Assembly (NCBI GenBank): GCA_963675525.2
Contig: CAXXSL010000013.1
Location: 320,001-384,000 of the forward strand
Direction: 5' to 3'
DNA length: 64,000 nt
DNA from: Anaerohalosphaeraceae bacterium
Lineage (GTDB): Bacteria; Planctomycetota; Phycisphaerae; Sedimentisphaerales; Anaerohalosphaeraceae
The notes beneath the pieces were generated by a model, which did no database searches, was not told the DNA's origin, and saw nothing but the letters and a program-made list of their open reading frames with translations. Below are positions 20,293 to 29,917 of this stretch, one piece after another (position 1 is the stretch's first letter; each line of letters begins with the position of its first letter). The translations under genes and the position numbers were made by a program.

Positions 20293-22599
20293 TTATTTAA
20301 GATTTAATATTGGTTTAGCGAATAGACATATGTCGTTAGTAATTGAATTATCGGTTCCCTGCGTGGCAACCAGTGTCAAATAACGCGCCTGCCGGTTGAG
20401 TTCAATATCAATTAACTGAGGCGGGTCTTCCGGAGACATATCGAGCGAGGAGAAGACCTCCTGCCCGTTCACCAGCACATAAAAGCTTGCAGCCGGCTGC
20501 GTGGCATAGTTTTCGCTTGTTGAAGCCGGTTTTGAAATTCCGCAGGCAGCCGTAAATGACTCGATTGAAACCGGGCCGTAAACACGCCGGATCGCTTCCA
20601 GATCAAATGTGATGCCGGCGTTGGCGTGCATAAATACGGATGGATTCTGGTCTGTTCCATAGAAGACATTATCCAGCATGAACGTTTGCACCGAACCCTT
20701 CGCGTCAACGTACCTGTCACCATTTGAAATGACAGAAGCACTTTGCTGTTGGGTACTGGGGGCACTCCATGAGTAGGCTTTGTCGGCGGTTACCTGTGTC
20801 GGGTCCGTTGAAATTCTGTTGTCCACCACATGAAATGTGCCAAGCAGGTCAAAAGCATTTTCATCTAATTGGTAATTTCCGAGTTCCGTCGGCAACAGGC
20901 CGGGGGCTGTGTTGAAGCTAATGGTTGCCTCGTCCCAATTTTCTGCCGGACCATCTTTGAGGCCGTAAACGGACAAATCTCGACGACGATTTCCAAAATT
21001 GAGATAGAGATCCAAGACGGCATTTGTCAAATCACCTTTGATATCGCTGATATCAAACCGAAGAAAGATAATTCGGATACGCTTCTTTTCACCTTCACGA
21101 TGACGGCATGACAGAATGGATATCTTTCCCAATTTCGCCGTAGGGCCTCGAAGTGTATCATTCGAAACATAGGCATCCGCACCGTTCTTATACGCGGTAG
21201 TAATTTGCGACGGTCCTATCGGTGAAGCATTCGGAAACGTCAGGGTTGGACACTTATCCGGTTCATTCTCGGCACCTTCTTTCGAACAAATCCAGTACGT
21301 AGCATTATCGTCAGCGTTTTCATGGAGCAGAACAAGCGTCACTTGCCCGTTGGTATCTGAAGCAATAAAATCATCGAGATTGAGTGTTGAGACACTCGAT
21401 GTCAGCATTAACGGCTCCTCGCCTTTGCAGTTGGGCACAAAAATCCCGTCGATCAGCGGGTTACAATTTACCGGGACATAATTTTTCGGAAAAGCACCGG
21501 GATTTTCGCCGAGCAAATCCGCACCGGAAAGAAGTTCCCTGCCATCCCATTGAATTCCGCGGTTCTTGTTGCCGTTGCCGGTTCCATCGCCGCCGCCGAC
21601 AATATCCGCCAGGTCGATTTGTTTTCCTCCGGTAATCAACAACCCGGTTTCGGAATCGATCCCTTGTGCGAACATGTTATGATTTAATGCAATATCCGCA
21701 ACATCACTGTCGTCAGAGTTGACGCGACGTGCCTGTCCCCCGGAGACCTCAACCGTTTTTTTATCCTGTCCTTTTTGGCCGGCGATGAGAATTGTCTTCC
21801 CTTTGAAGACGTGCAGTTCAGTTTCTCCTGTCATGTCCGAGTAAACGCCGAAATTTGTTCCCAAGTCGATGATTTTCGAGTTATGTGTCTGGACGCTGAA
21901 TCCGCTTCCAACCGGCGGGACAGAAGCAAAAAGCCGACCATACTTGATTACGATCTCGTCGGGACTGATGAAACTGAATTCCGCAGGGGCTTCTAATGTA
22001 ATGATAACATCTTTGTCAGACCGTATTTCAATCACTCCTTTTTGCAGTTGTATCGGCCCAGAGGAAGAAGCAGACAATCGGGTTCCTTTCTGGAGCGGCA
22101 GAGAAGAGGACCATTGGGCGCCGACGGCCTCCGATAGGGTTGCCACCTCGAAGGAGGAGCGGGGATTCAGGTGAACATAAATGATCACACAAAGCACGGC
22201 CGCAATGGAGATCGCGAGCGTAATCATTGACCTCTTCGGTATCTCACGGGGCGGGATGTTGATCGGTATTTTTCTAACAGGAAAATTTTCTGTTTCGTCT
22301 GCTTCCGGAAGTTCCAGGGGCTCGGCTTTTCTTTCGTACTCTCCCAAAATCCGGAGCATATCCATTGTCAACGGGGGATTGAAAATGTCCATATTCTGCT
22401 GCACATCCTGTTTAACCGCCGCCTGAAGGTTACACAGGTCCGTGCACAGATAGATATAGTCCAGATAATACTCCTGAGCCTCGCTGTTGTCCTGGAGCAT
22501 TGTATTGAGTTCCAAAAACTCATCAGCCGTAATCACCTCGTCACGCAAAGCTCCGAGCAGATATAAAAGCCGGTTGAATTGTTCTGGAAGCATCTTCAT
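20293..22599 (-). CDS. FecR-family anti-sigma factor with periplasmic DNRLRE-like and NPCBM-like domains
   Basis: Single TM; FecR motifs LEAPAEF, IIDLGTNFGV, ELHVFKG; C-terminal HANAGITFDL...YLTLVAT; directly downstream of ECF sigma. Confidence 0.85.
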   Translation of the reverse strand: MKMLPEQFNRLLYLLGALRDEVITADEFLELNTMLQDNSEAQEYYLDYIYLCTDLCNLQAAVKQDVQQNMDIFNPPLTMDMLRILGEYERKAEPLELPEADETENFPVRKIPINIPPREIPKRSMITLAISIAAVLCVIIYVHLNPRSSFEVATLSEAVGAQWSSSLPLQKGTRLSASSSGPIQLQKGVIEIRSDKDVIITLEAPAEFSFISPDEIVIKYGRLFASVPPVGSGFSVQTHNSKIIDLGTNFGVYSDMTGETELHVFKGKTILIAGQKGQDKKTVEVSGGQARRVNSDDSDVADIALNHNMFAQGIDSETGLLITGGKQIDLADIVGGGDGTGNGNKNRGIQWDGRELLSGADLLGENPGAFPKNYVPVNCNPLIDGIFVPNCKGEEPLMLTSSVSTLNLDDFIASDTNGQVTLVLLHENADDNATYWICSKEGAENEPDKCPTLTFPNASPIGPSQITTAYKNGADAYVSNDTLRGPTAKLGKISILSCRHREGEKKRIRIIFLRFDISDIKGDLTNAVLDLYLNFGNRRRDLSVYGLKDGPAENWDEATISFNTAPGLLPTELGNYQLDENAFDLLGTFHVVDNRISTDPTQVTADKAYSWSAPSTQQQSASVISNGDRYVDAKGSVQTFMLDNVFYGTDQNPSVFMHANAGITFDLEAIRRVYGPVSIESFTAACGISKPASTSENYATQPAASFYVLVNGQEVFSSLDMSPEDPPQLIDIELNRQARYLTLVATQGTDNSITNDICLFAKPILNLK

Positions 22600-22600
22600 T

Positions 22601-23155
22601 TTATATCGCCTCCGCTTCAGCTAAGGTTCGCCGAACACACATCAGCAGTTTCGCATGAACCTTATTGAAAAGCCGGTACAAAACATGAAGTTCTTTGCCG
22701 GTTCTCTGTGAAACGCTTTTGGTGGAACTGCCGGGTTCATAGCGCATTTGGATAAGCGATAATTCGTTCGGTTTCAGTTTCTGAAGGCATTTTTTCAGGA
22801 TGCTTAGCCGTTCGTCAATGTTTGGGTTTTTGGAGGCAATTTTTTCGGACAGGGATTCAACGGTGCCTTGGCTGAAATATATTCTATTCTTTTTCTTATT
22901 TTTATAGTAGCTTAGAACCTGAAAGTGTGCAATTTTCAAGGCCCAGGCTGTGAAATTTGTCCCTTTTTCGAAGCCATCGAATTTTGACCACATGACAGAA
23001 GCGGTTTCCTGGATAATATCGTCTACGTCGGACCAATTTGGAATCAGGGCGCGTACATATCCATAAATCCGTCTTTCATTGGCTAAATACAGCTTAATGA
23101 AAAGCTGATAATCGCCCGTGCTGTTATTTGGATTTCCGTTGTCCATATTTGCCAT
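22601..23155 (-). CDS. ECF sigma-70 factor
   Basis: IYGYVRALIPNWSDVDDIIQET, FTAWALKIA, LKKCLQKL, KLLMCV. Confidence 0.92.
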   Translation of the reverse strand: MANMDNGNPNNSTGDYQLFIKLYLANERRIYGYVRALIPNWSDVDDIIQETASVMWSKFDGFEKGTNFTAWALKIAHFQVLSYYKNKKKNRIYFSQGTVESLSEKIASKNPNIDERLSILKKCLQKLKPNELSLIQMRYEPGSSTKSVSQRTGKELHVLYRLFNKVHAKLLMCVRRTLAEAEAI

Positions 23156-23588
23156 TGTATCAAAACATATAAATAAAGTTAACTCGATAAGTTAATCAGC
23201 ATTTCCTTGTTATTGGATATAGACATTTTCGGGAAAATTTACACAAAAAATAAAAAAAATCGGAATCTGACCTGGATAACCAAAATATCTCAATGGCTCA
23301 AAGTACACTATCGGATCGATTTCTTCCGTATTTTTGAGAAAATTCAAAAAATAACGTAATATTCCGGGGTTTTGACTATTATATATGTAGTGCGGAGGGT
23401 TTGGATTAAAAAACAAGATAAAAAATGTTATCTATTCGTGGGGGTGTCATCGAGACATTGGGGTATCTTGCTATCCCTGCTATTAGGGGCAAGACGTGAG
23501 AATTGGTCTGGTTTTGTCCGTAAACTTGATTGATGCACAAAAAAGAGACAAAAAATACTCTTTATTCGAAGAAACGGCTGGTGCCTGA

Positions 23589-26500
23589 ATGAAGCAACGG
23601 ATGTTATTAAGTGTATGTATGATTCTGGGGGCTGTATGTTTGACTTTCGCCGACACAGCGACGTGGGAAGGCAGCGTCAGTTCGGATTTTATCGACCCGA
23701 ACAACTGGAATCCAGTGATTGATTTACTGGACACTACCGGCGATGCTTTAACGATTGGCGCCGGCAGTCCCTATGATCCGATTTACAATGGCGGCCTTCC
23801 GACGCGTCCGAGTAGTTTTAACACGACGGAACAGGCGGATTTCACGATGCTCGGGGGAGAATTTCTTCCTTATGGAAACAACACCTTTAACGGTAATATA
23901 ACCGTTCTGAACGGCTGGATGAGTTCGCGCGCCTATGTGTATTTGGGTGATGGCGGATCCGGGACATTAACGGTTGACGGCGGATCTTTTAGTTCAAAAT
24001 ATACGATGTATCTCGGCCGAAACAGCGGCGGCAGCGGTATCTTGAATGTTCTTGAGGGGATTGTTGACTTTCCATCCCGCCCCAGCATTTCAACCAACGG
24101 AGGAACCGGCCATATCTATATTGAAGAAGGCGGTTTTTGCTATATCGGCGGCAACGACGTAACCTGGTTTCAGGGGCTGGCGGACAGCGGTATCATTACG
24201 ACGGCCGGCGATTGCGCCATTGTCATCGATTATCAGACAGCACTGGACCGCACACGCATTACCGCGGAAAAAATAGTCGGTGCAACACTGCCGGTTCCCT
24301 GGAACGGTACTGAGGATACGGGGATTACCGCACTTTCCTGGAAACCCGGCACACTGGCAACGCAAAGCAGCGTGTATTTCGGTACCAACCCGGGATCGTT
24401 GGCCTTTATCGGATCGACCAGCGGCAGCACCATGGCCGTACCGTATGCGCTCAGCCCGGACACAACCTATTACTGGAAGGTGGATACGACTAATCCATGG
24501 GGGCAAATCGATGGCGAAGTTTGGTCGTTTACCCCGGTATCAGTACTGAAACCGCGGCAAATGGAAAAGCTTGACCGCGGGGTTGTGGCCATCCGAAGCG
24601 GCACCTCCAATTACATTGGATGGCGTCTTTTCGGGACCGACCCGCAGGATATTTCTTTTAATGTTTATCGGGGCAGTACAAAGTTAAACACGACACCGAT
24701 TACGGATTCGACAAATTATGTGGATACGGCGGGAGCAACCTCTGATACCTACAGCATTCGTCCGGTCATTAACGGGTCGGAACAAGCCCCTTCACAAGTC
24801 GCGGTATCCGTTCAAACAAACACATATCATAGTGTCCCCGTCCAGCAGGTTCCGGGTGATACTGACTGGTCATACGAAATTAACGATGGCGCAGTAGGCG
24901 ACCTGAACGGGGATGGCGACTACGAAATCATCATCCATCGCTATTCAGGGGATTACGATGAATATCCGGTTGTTGAGGCCTATCGATTGGATGGAACGTT
25001 TCTCTGGCGGATCAATCTCGGGCCTAATCAAACAGATATAAAAGAGGTCAATCCGATTGTCTATGACCTGGACGGTGACGGCTATGCCGAAGTGGTCCTG
25101 CGAACTTGTGAAGGCATGACGGATGGAACAGGTGTCACTACCGGGGATACTGACGGTGATGGGGTTACTGATTACCGCGGTTACGGGGCTGCAGACGCAT
25201 GGATCGATGCGGGGCCTGAATTTCTAACGATTTTTGATGGTCGCACAGGCGCCGAAATTGCCAGAGCGGATTACATTCCAAGAGTTTGCCTGTCAGCGTG
25301 GGGAGATACCTATGGGCACCGTGCCAATAAGTTTCATATCGTCGTGGCGTATCTGGATGGGCATAAACCGAGTCTGGTTATGTGCCGCGGTATTTATACC
25401 ACAATAAAAATGGAGGGGTGGAACTATCGCAATGGTCAACTTTCTAAACTGTGGCATTTTAACAGTGAAGAGTGGCCCGGTTTTGATGCCCAAGGTAACC
25501 ACAACCTGAGTGTTGGTGATGTGGATGACGATGGTAAGGACGAAATCGTCTATGGCGGCATGTGTGTGGACCATGATGGGACAGGGCTTTATACCACGGG
25601 CCAGGGCCATGGCGATGCAATGCATTTGTCGGACATGGACCCGGAACGTCCCGGCCTGGAAGTCTGGCGATGTGTTGAAACCGCAGCAACCGGTGCAGCT
25701 TTTACGGATGCAGAAACCGGAGCGGTCATTTTCGAATATGTTAATTCCAGCGATGTGGGACGGGCCTGTGCAGGTGATATTGATCCTACGTACCTGGGCT
25801 ATGAGGTGTGGGGCTCAACCAATTGTCCGATGTATACCTGCAAAGGTGTGAACATCGGAAGTTCATCTTTATCAATGAACTTTATGGTTTGGTGGGATGG
25901 CGACCTGCTGCGTGAAACGCTGAATCATGCAGGAACTGAAGGGGCTTGGTACGGTACAATCGGAAAATGGGATTATGTGAACAAAGTAGAAAATACGATT
26001 TTAGCTGCGACAGGAACCTTATCGAATAATTGGACCAAAGGCAACCCGGTATTATCCGGAGACATCTATGGAGACTGGCGCGAGGAAGCGATCTGGCGTG
26101 CAAATGACAATCGTTCCATTCGTATTTTCTCAACGACCGATCCAACCAGTCATCGGATTTATACGCTGATGCATGATCCTCAGTATCGCCTGGCAATCGC
26201 ATGGCAGTGCTGTGCGTATAATCAGCCGCCGCATCCCGGTTTTTATCTCGGTGACGGAATGAGCAATCCGCCGACTCCTTACATTGAACTGGTCGACGGC
26301 CCCAAGAGCGGACTCTTACGTGAATACTGGATGGATATTGCAGGGTCGACTGTCAGCGATCTGAACGGTCATGCGAATTACCCGGATAATCCGACCGATC
26401 TGGAGTATATCCCGAATTTTGAGTGTCCAACGAACTGGGCTGACACCTACGGTGAAAGACTTCGCGGATACCTGTGTCCTGAAGATACAGGCGATTATAC

Positions 26501-27584
26501 GTTCTGGATCGCCGGCGATGATAATTGTGAACTATGGCTCAGTTCGGATGCTGTACCTGAGAACGCAGGCAGGATTGCTTATGTCGATTCCCAGGTTTAT
26601 CCCGCCCCATATGAATGGAATAAATATGCTTCGCAGCAATCAACGTCAATTCCTCTGGCCGCCGGACACAAATACTACATCGAGGCGCTACATAAGGAAA
26701 GCAGCGGCAGCGATCATCTGTCGGTTGCCTGGAGGCGGGACATCATTAGTCAACCCGAAACGGTCGCAGTAGGCAGTGACGCCGACACCTGGTTACGTGA
26801 TGGCCAGGGACCGTTTGGTGGTGGTACCTATATGTACACTGCAGGCAACTATAACTATGTGAGCTATCTGCGATTTGACTTGTCAGCATATGATGATGCC
26901 GACATTACGGATGCTTCTTTGACTCTTACAAAGGATCCAACAGCGCCTCGTGCGGATACGCTTATAACCGGTCGTTTTGCATTGCATGGATTGAACAACG
27001 TGGCCGGCAACACATCACAGAACTGGGACGAAAGTACTCTTACCTCAGCACTTGCCGGCGACGAATGGGACATAGACACAGCAATGGTGGACAGCATCGC
27101 CGATGGCAGGGTTGTCAACCTGGATGGTGATGACGCCGGAATTAACATCATTGAATCTACCGATGGAACAACGATGACCGTAACAGGAGCCGACCTGGAT
27201 TCCTTTTTGCAGGCTCGTGCGAATGATGGCGGTCTGGCTACCTTTATCATCACATTTGGTGATTATACTTCCAGAGGTATTGGGTATTCAACGAAAGAAC
27301 ACACAACCGAATCTGTTCGCCCGGTTCTTGAAATAACATATACGCCAAACGCAACGAGTGATCCACAGGTAATTCAGGGAAGATACCTGTCGCCGTGGAC
27401 GTTCCGGCTGATGGGAGATATGACGGAGGACGACCGGGTTAACCTTGACGATTTCTCTGTCTTTTCCGATTATTGGCAGCAGGACAATTGCAATCTGGAT
27501 CTGATCATTGATATGAATGGGGATTGTCTTGCAGATATCGTCGATTTGGCACTGTTGGCAAAAAACTGGCTTGCCGGTTCATAA
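23589..27584 (+). CDS. PL11 rhamnogalacturonan lyase (YesW/YesX-like) with N-terminal beta-repeat, PA14, DNRLRE-like and dockerin-like domains
   Basis: RQMEKLDRGVVA, GQGHGDAMHLSD, GDIYGDWREE, TLMHDPQYRLAIAWQ..YNQPPHPGFYLG. Confidence 0.9.
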   Translation: MKQRMLLSVCMILGAVCLTFADTATWEGSVSSDFIDPNNWNPVIDLLDTTGDALTIGAGSPYDPIYNGGLPTRPSSFNTTEQADFTMLGGEFLPYGNNTFNGNITVLNGWMSSRAYVYLGDGGSGTLTVDGGSFSSKYTMYLGRNSGGSGILNVLEGIVDFPSRPSISTNGGTGHIYIEEGGFCYIGGNDVTWFQGLADSGIITTAGDCAIVIDYQTALDRTRITAEKIVGATLPVPWNGTEDTGITALSWKPGTLATQSSVYFGTNPGSLAFIGSTSGSTMAVPYALSPDTTYYWKVDTTNPWGQIDGEVWSFTPVSVLKPRQMEKLDRGVVAIRSGTSNYIGWRLFGTDPQDISFNVYRGSTKLNTTPITDSTNYVDTAGATSDTYSIRPVINGSEQAPSQVAVSVQTNTYHSVPVQQVPGDTDWSYEINDGAVGDLNGDGDYEIIIHRYSGDYDEYPVVEAYRLDGTFLWRINLGPNQTDIKEVNPIVYDLDGDGYAEVVLRTCEGMTDGTGVTTGDTDGDGVTDYRGYGAADAWIDAGPEFLTIFDGRTGAEIARADYIPRVCLSAWGDTYGHRANKFHIVVAYLDGHKPSLVMCRGIYTTIKMEGWNYRNGQLSKLWHFNSEEWPGFDAQGNHNLSVGDVDDDGKDEIVYGGMCVDHDGTGLYTTGQGHGDAMHLSDMDPERPGLEVWRCVETAATGAAFTDAETGAVIFEYVNSSDVGRACAGDIDPTYLGYEVWGSTNCPMYTCKGVNIGSSSLSMNFMVWWDGDLLRETLNHAGTEGAWYGTIGKWDYVNKVENTILAATGTLSNNWTKGNPVLSGDIYGDWREEAIWRANDNRSIRIFSTTDPTSHRIYTLMHDPQYRLAIAWQCCAYNQPPHPGFYLGDGMSNPPTPYIELVDGPKSGLLREYWMDIAGSTVSDLNGHANYPDNPTDLEYIPNFECPTNWADTYGERLRGYLCPEDTGDYTFWIAGDDNCELWLSSDAVPENAGRIAYVDSQVYPAPYEWNKYASQQSTSIPLAAGHKYYIEALHKESSGSDHLSVAWRRDIISQPETVAVGSDADTWLRDGQGPFGGGTYMYTAGNYNYVSYLRFDLSAYDDADITDASLTLTKDPTAPRADTLITGRFALHGLNNVAGNTSQNWDESTLTSALAGDEWDIDTAMVDSIADGRVVNLDGDDAGINIIESTDGTTMTVTGADLDSFLQARANDGGLATFIITFGDYTSRGIGYSTKEHTTESVRPVLEITYTPNATSDPQVIQGRYLSPWTFRLMGDMTEDDRVNLDDFSVFSDYWQQDNCNLDLIIDMNGDCLADIVDLALLAKNWLAGS

Positions 27585-27716
27585 GCGTTCCGGTTATATG
27601 CCCGTTTTGGGGAAGAGAAACCTATAGAAAACATTAAGTAAGAGAGACCTTCAGGATGCAGGGACGACTCGTTTAATGATTTGAAAAATATAATATCTGT
27701 ATTGTGGAGAGATTGA

Positions 27717-29759
27717 ATGACTTGTTTCCGGAGTGGTGCAGGAAAAGTAAAATCAAGTGGTTTTAAAAATAATTATTACACCGTGGTTTTTTATGCCGTG
27801 ATTTTTGCCGGACTTTCATTGTCAGGCAGCGCTGCACGATATATGGAAAACCTCGATCGCGGTGTGGTCGCGGTTCGGACCGGCAGCGGCACCTTTGTGA
27901 GCTGGCGTTTGCTGGGATTGGACCCTGTCGGCATGGGTTTTAATCTCTACCGTTCAACGGGGGGCGGAGCAGCCGTCAAATTGAACAGTTCTGTTTTGAC
28001 TAACGGTACCTGCTATACCGATACGACAGTAAATATCGCTCAGGACAACGCCTATTATGTAAAGCCGGTTATCGACAATATCGAGCAGGAAGCCAGCGGT
28101 TCCTATACACTCAAAGCCAATACTGCAGAAGAACCGTGCGTCGTGGTTCCGCTTAGCAGTGGTAACACTGACATCGTCCACTTCGTTTGGGTTGGCGATC
28201 TTGACGGCGACGGCGAGTACGAATTCGTTGTTGACCGTCTTAACTGGGAGGGACGCCCACAGGCAATCGAGGCGTACAATCGCAACGGGACCCTTCTGTG
28301 GTCAATGGATCTCGGACCCAACAGCACGGACACCTACAACATCGAACCCGGTTCGGCTACCATCGATGTCGGCCACTGGGATGGCGTCACCGTCTATGAC
28401 CTTGACGGCGACGGCAAGGCGGAGGTCATGATCCGGACGGCCAATGGCGTCACATTCGGCGATGGCACAACTCTCACAAACAGCAATGACAATAACCAGT
28501 TTATCTCGGTGCTCGATGGGATGACCGGAGCCGAACGTGCGAGAATACAAATCCCGACGGATTATATCGCCGATGGGCCGATGGGGGCTCAGTTTGGAAT
28601 TGGCTACCTGAATGGCACGACTCCCAGCCTGGTTGCGGTCATGAAGAACCGTATCGGCAGCGGGGCCTTCAACATGATGGTCTGTGCGTGGGACTTTACA
28701 GGATCATCGCTGGTGCAGAAATGGAAATGGCTTCGGGGTTCGCAGAACTGTCCCGACGGTCACCAGATGCGTGTTGTGGACGTCGATGATGACGGGCAGG
28801 ACGAAGTCTGTGAGATCGGTTTTGTACTCGATAGTGATGGTACTTTGCTTTACAGCCTTGGCGATAGCGGTGTCGTCCACGGCGATCGCTGGCACATCGG
28901 TAAATTTGACCAGAATCGCTCTGGCCTTCAGGGATACGGCATTCAGCAGGACAACGCCAGCGGTTTGCGCGAATACTATTACGATGCCGGTACAGGAGAA
29001 ATTCTGTGGACGTATGTGGGCGCTGTTGGGGACATGGGACGCGGTGATGCCGGCGATATTGACCCGCGTTACCCGGGTTATGAAGTCTGGTCCTTTGACG
29101 GTGTCTGGAACGGTCCCAGCGGTACACAGGTTAGCCCAACTGGTACCGAACCGTGGCCATCCCTGCGTCTGTGGTGGGATGGGGATGATTTAAGTGAGAG
29201 CTACAACGATGGAAAGATCGAGCAGTATGAACCGTACAGCACATCGACCGGACGCCGGGTCAGCCGCCTGGTCTCGACCTGGTATTACCAGACCGCTACA
29301 GGCAGTGACCGTGGTGCTCCGATGTTCTATGGCGATATCTTCGGGGATTGGCGGGAAGAGGTCGTCATGACAAGTTCCGACTACACGAAACTGGTTATCT
29401 TCACAACAGATATTCCGACGAGCCGACGCCTCTATACGCTGCCGCATAATCCGGAGTATCGCAATTGCATGACCGTTAAGGGGTACATGCAGTCGCATCA
29501 GGTGGACTATTACCTGGGGGACGGCATGACAACCCCGCCTGCGCCCAATATTCAGCTTGCAGGGGTCAAATTCAATCCGGCTGATATTGTTGAAGACGGA
29601 CGCATCGACTTTTATGACTTTAGCGTATTAGCTGTACAATGGATGGATTCTCCGGCCCTGCCCTCTGCGGATATTGCTCCGGTCGGTGGTGACGGTACGG
29701 TTGACGATTTGGATTTGCAGATCCTTTGTGATAATTGGCTTGTTATCAAAGAAGAATAA
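27717..29759 (+). CDS. PL11-family rhamnogalacturonan lyase with dockerin-like tail
   Basis: RYMENLDRGVVA, VHGDRWH, GDIFGDWREE, TLPHNPEYR, YYLGDGM. Confidence 0.88.
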   Translation: MTCFRSGAGKVKSSGFKNNYYTVVFYAVIFAGLSLSGSAARYMENLDRGVVAVRTGSGTFVSWRLLGLDPVGMGFNLYRSTGGGAAVKLNSSVLTNGTCYTDTTVNIAQDNAYYVKPVIDNIEQEASGSYTLKANTAEEPCVVVPLSSGNTDIVHFVWVGDLDGDGEYEFVVDRLNWEGRPQAIEAYNRNGTLLWSMDLGPNSTDTYNIEPGSATIDVGHWDGVTVYDLDGDGKAEVMIRTANGVTFGDGTTLTNSNDNNQFISVLDGMTGAERARIQIPTDYIADGPMGAQFGIGYLNGTTPSLVAVMKNRIGSGAFNMMVCAWDFTGSSLVQKWKWLRGSQNCPDGHQMRVVDVDDDGQDEVCEIGFVLDSDGTLLYSLGDSGVVHGDRWHIGKFDQNRSGLQGYGIQQDNASGLREYYYDAGTGEILWTYVGAVGDMGRGDAGDIDPRYPGYEVWSFDGVWNGPSGTQVSPTGTEPWPSLRLWWDGDDLSESYNDGKIEQYEPYSTSTGRRVSRLVSTWYYQTATGSDRGAPMFYGDIFGDWREEVVMTSSDYTKLVIFTTDIPTSRRLYTLPHNPEYRNCMTVKGYMQSHQVDYYLGDGMTTPPAPNIQLAGVKFNPADIVEDGRIDFYDFSVLAVQWMDSPALPSADIAPVGGDGTVDDLDLQILCDNWLVIKEE

Positions 29760-29761
29760 GC

Positions 29762-29905
29762 TTATTGGCAGCAGGACAATTGCACTCTGGATTTGAGTAT
29801 TGATTTAAACGGGAACTGTTCGATTGATATAATCAATTTCTTGTTGATCGCTCAAAACCGGCTTGCCGGCTCATAAGCATCCCGGTCATCTGCAGATTTT
29901 GGGGA
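29762..29905 (+). pseudogene. Relic copy of the 3' end and downstream flank of the first PL11 gene (27470-27613)
   Basis: First 23 bp identical (ttattggcagcaggacaattgca); colinear through ggcttgccgg(t/c)tcataagc and ttttgggga; no start codon. Confidence 0.8.
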
Positions 29906-29917
29906 TAAAAAGTATTT

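Noticed and set aside
23210..23416. 68-aa ORF upstream of the sigma gene
   Set aside because: Low-complexity AT-rich translation in a divergent promoter region
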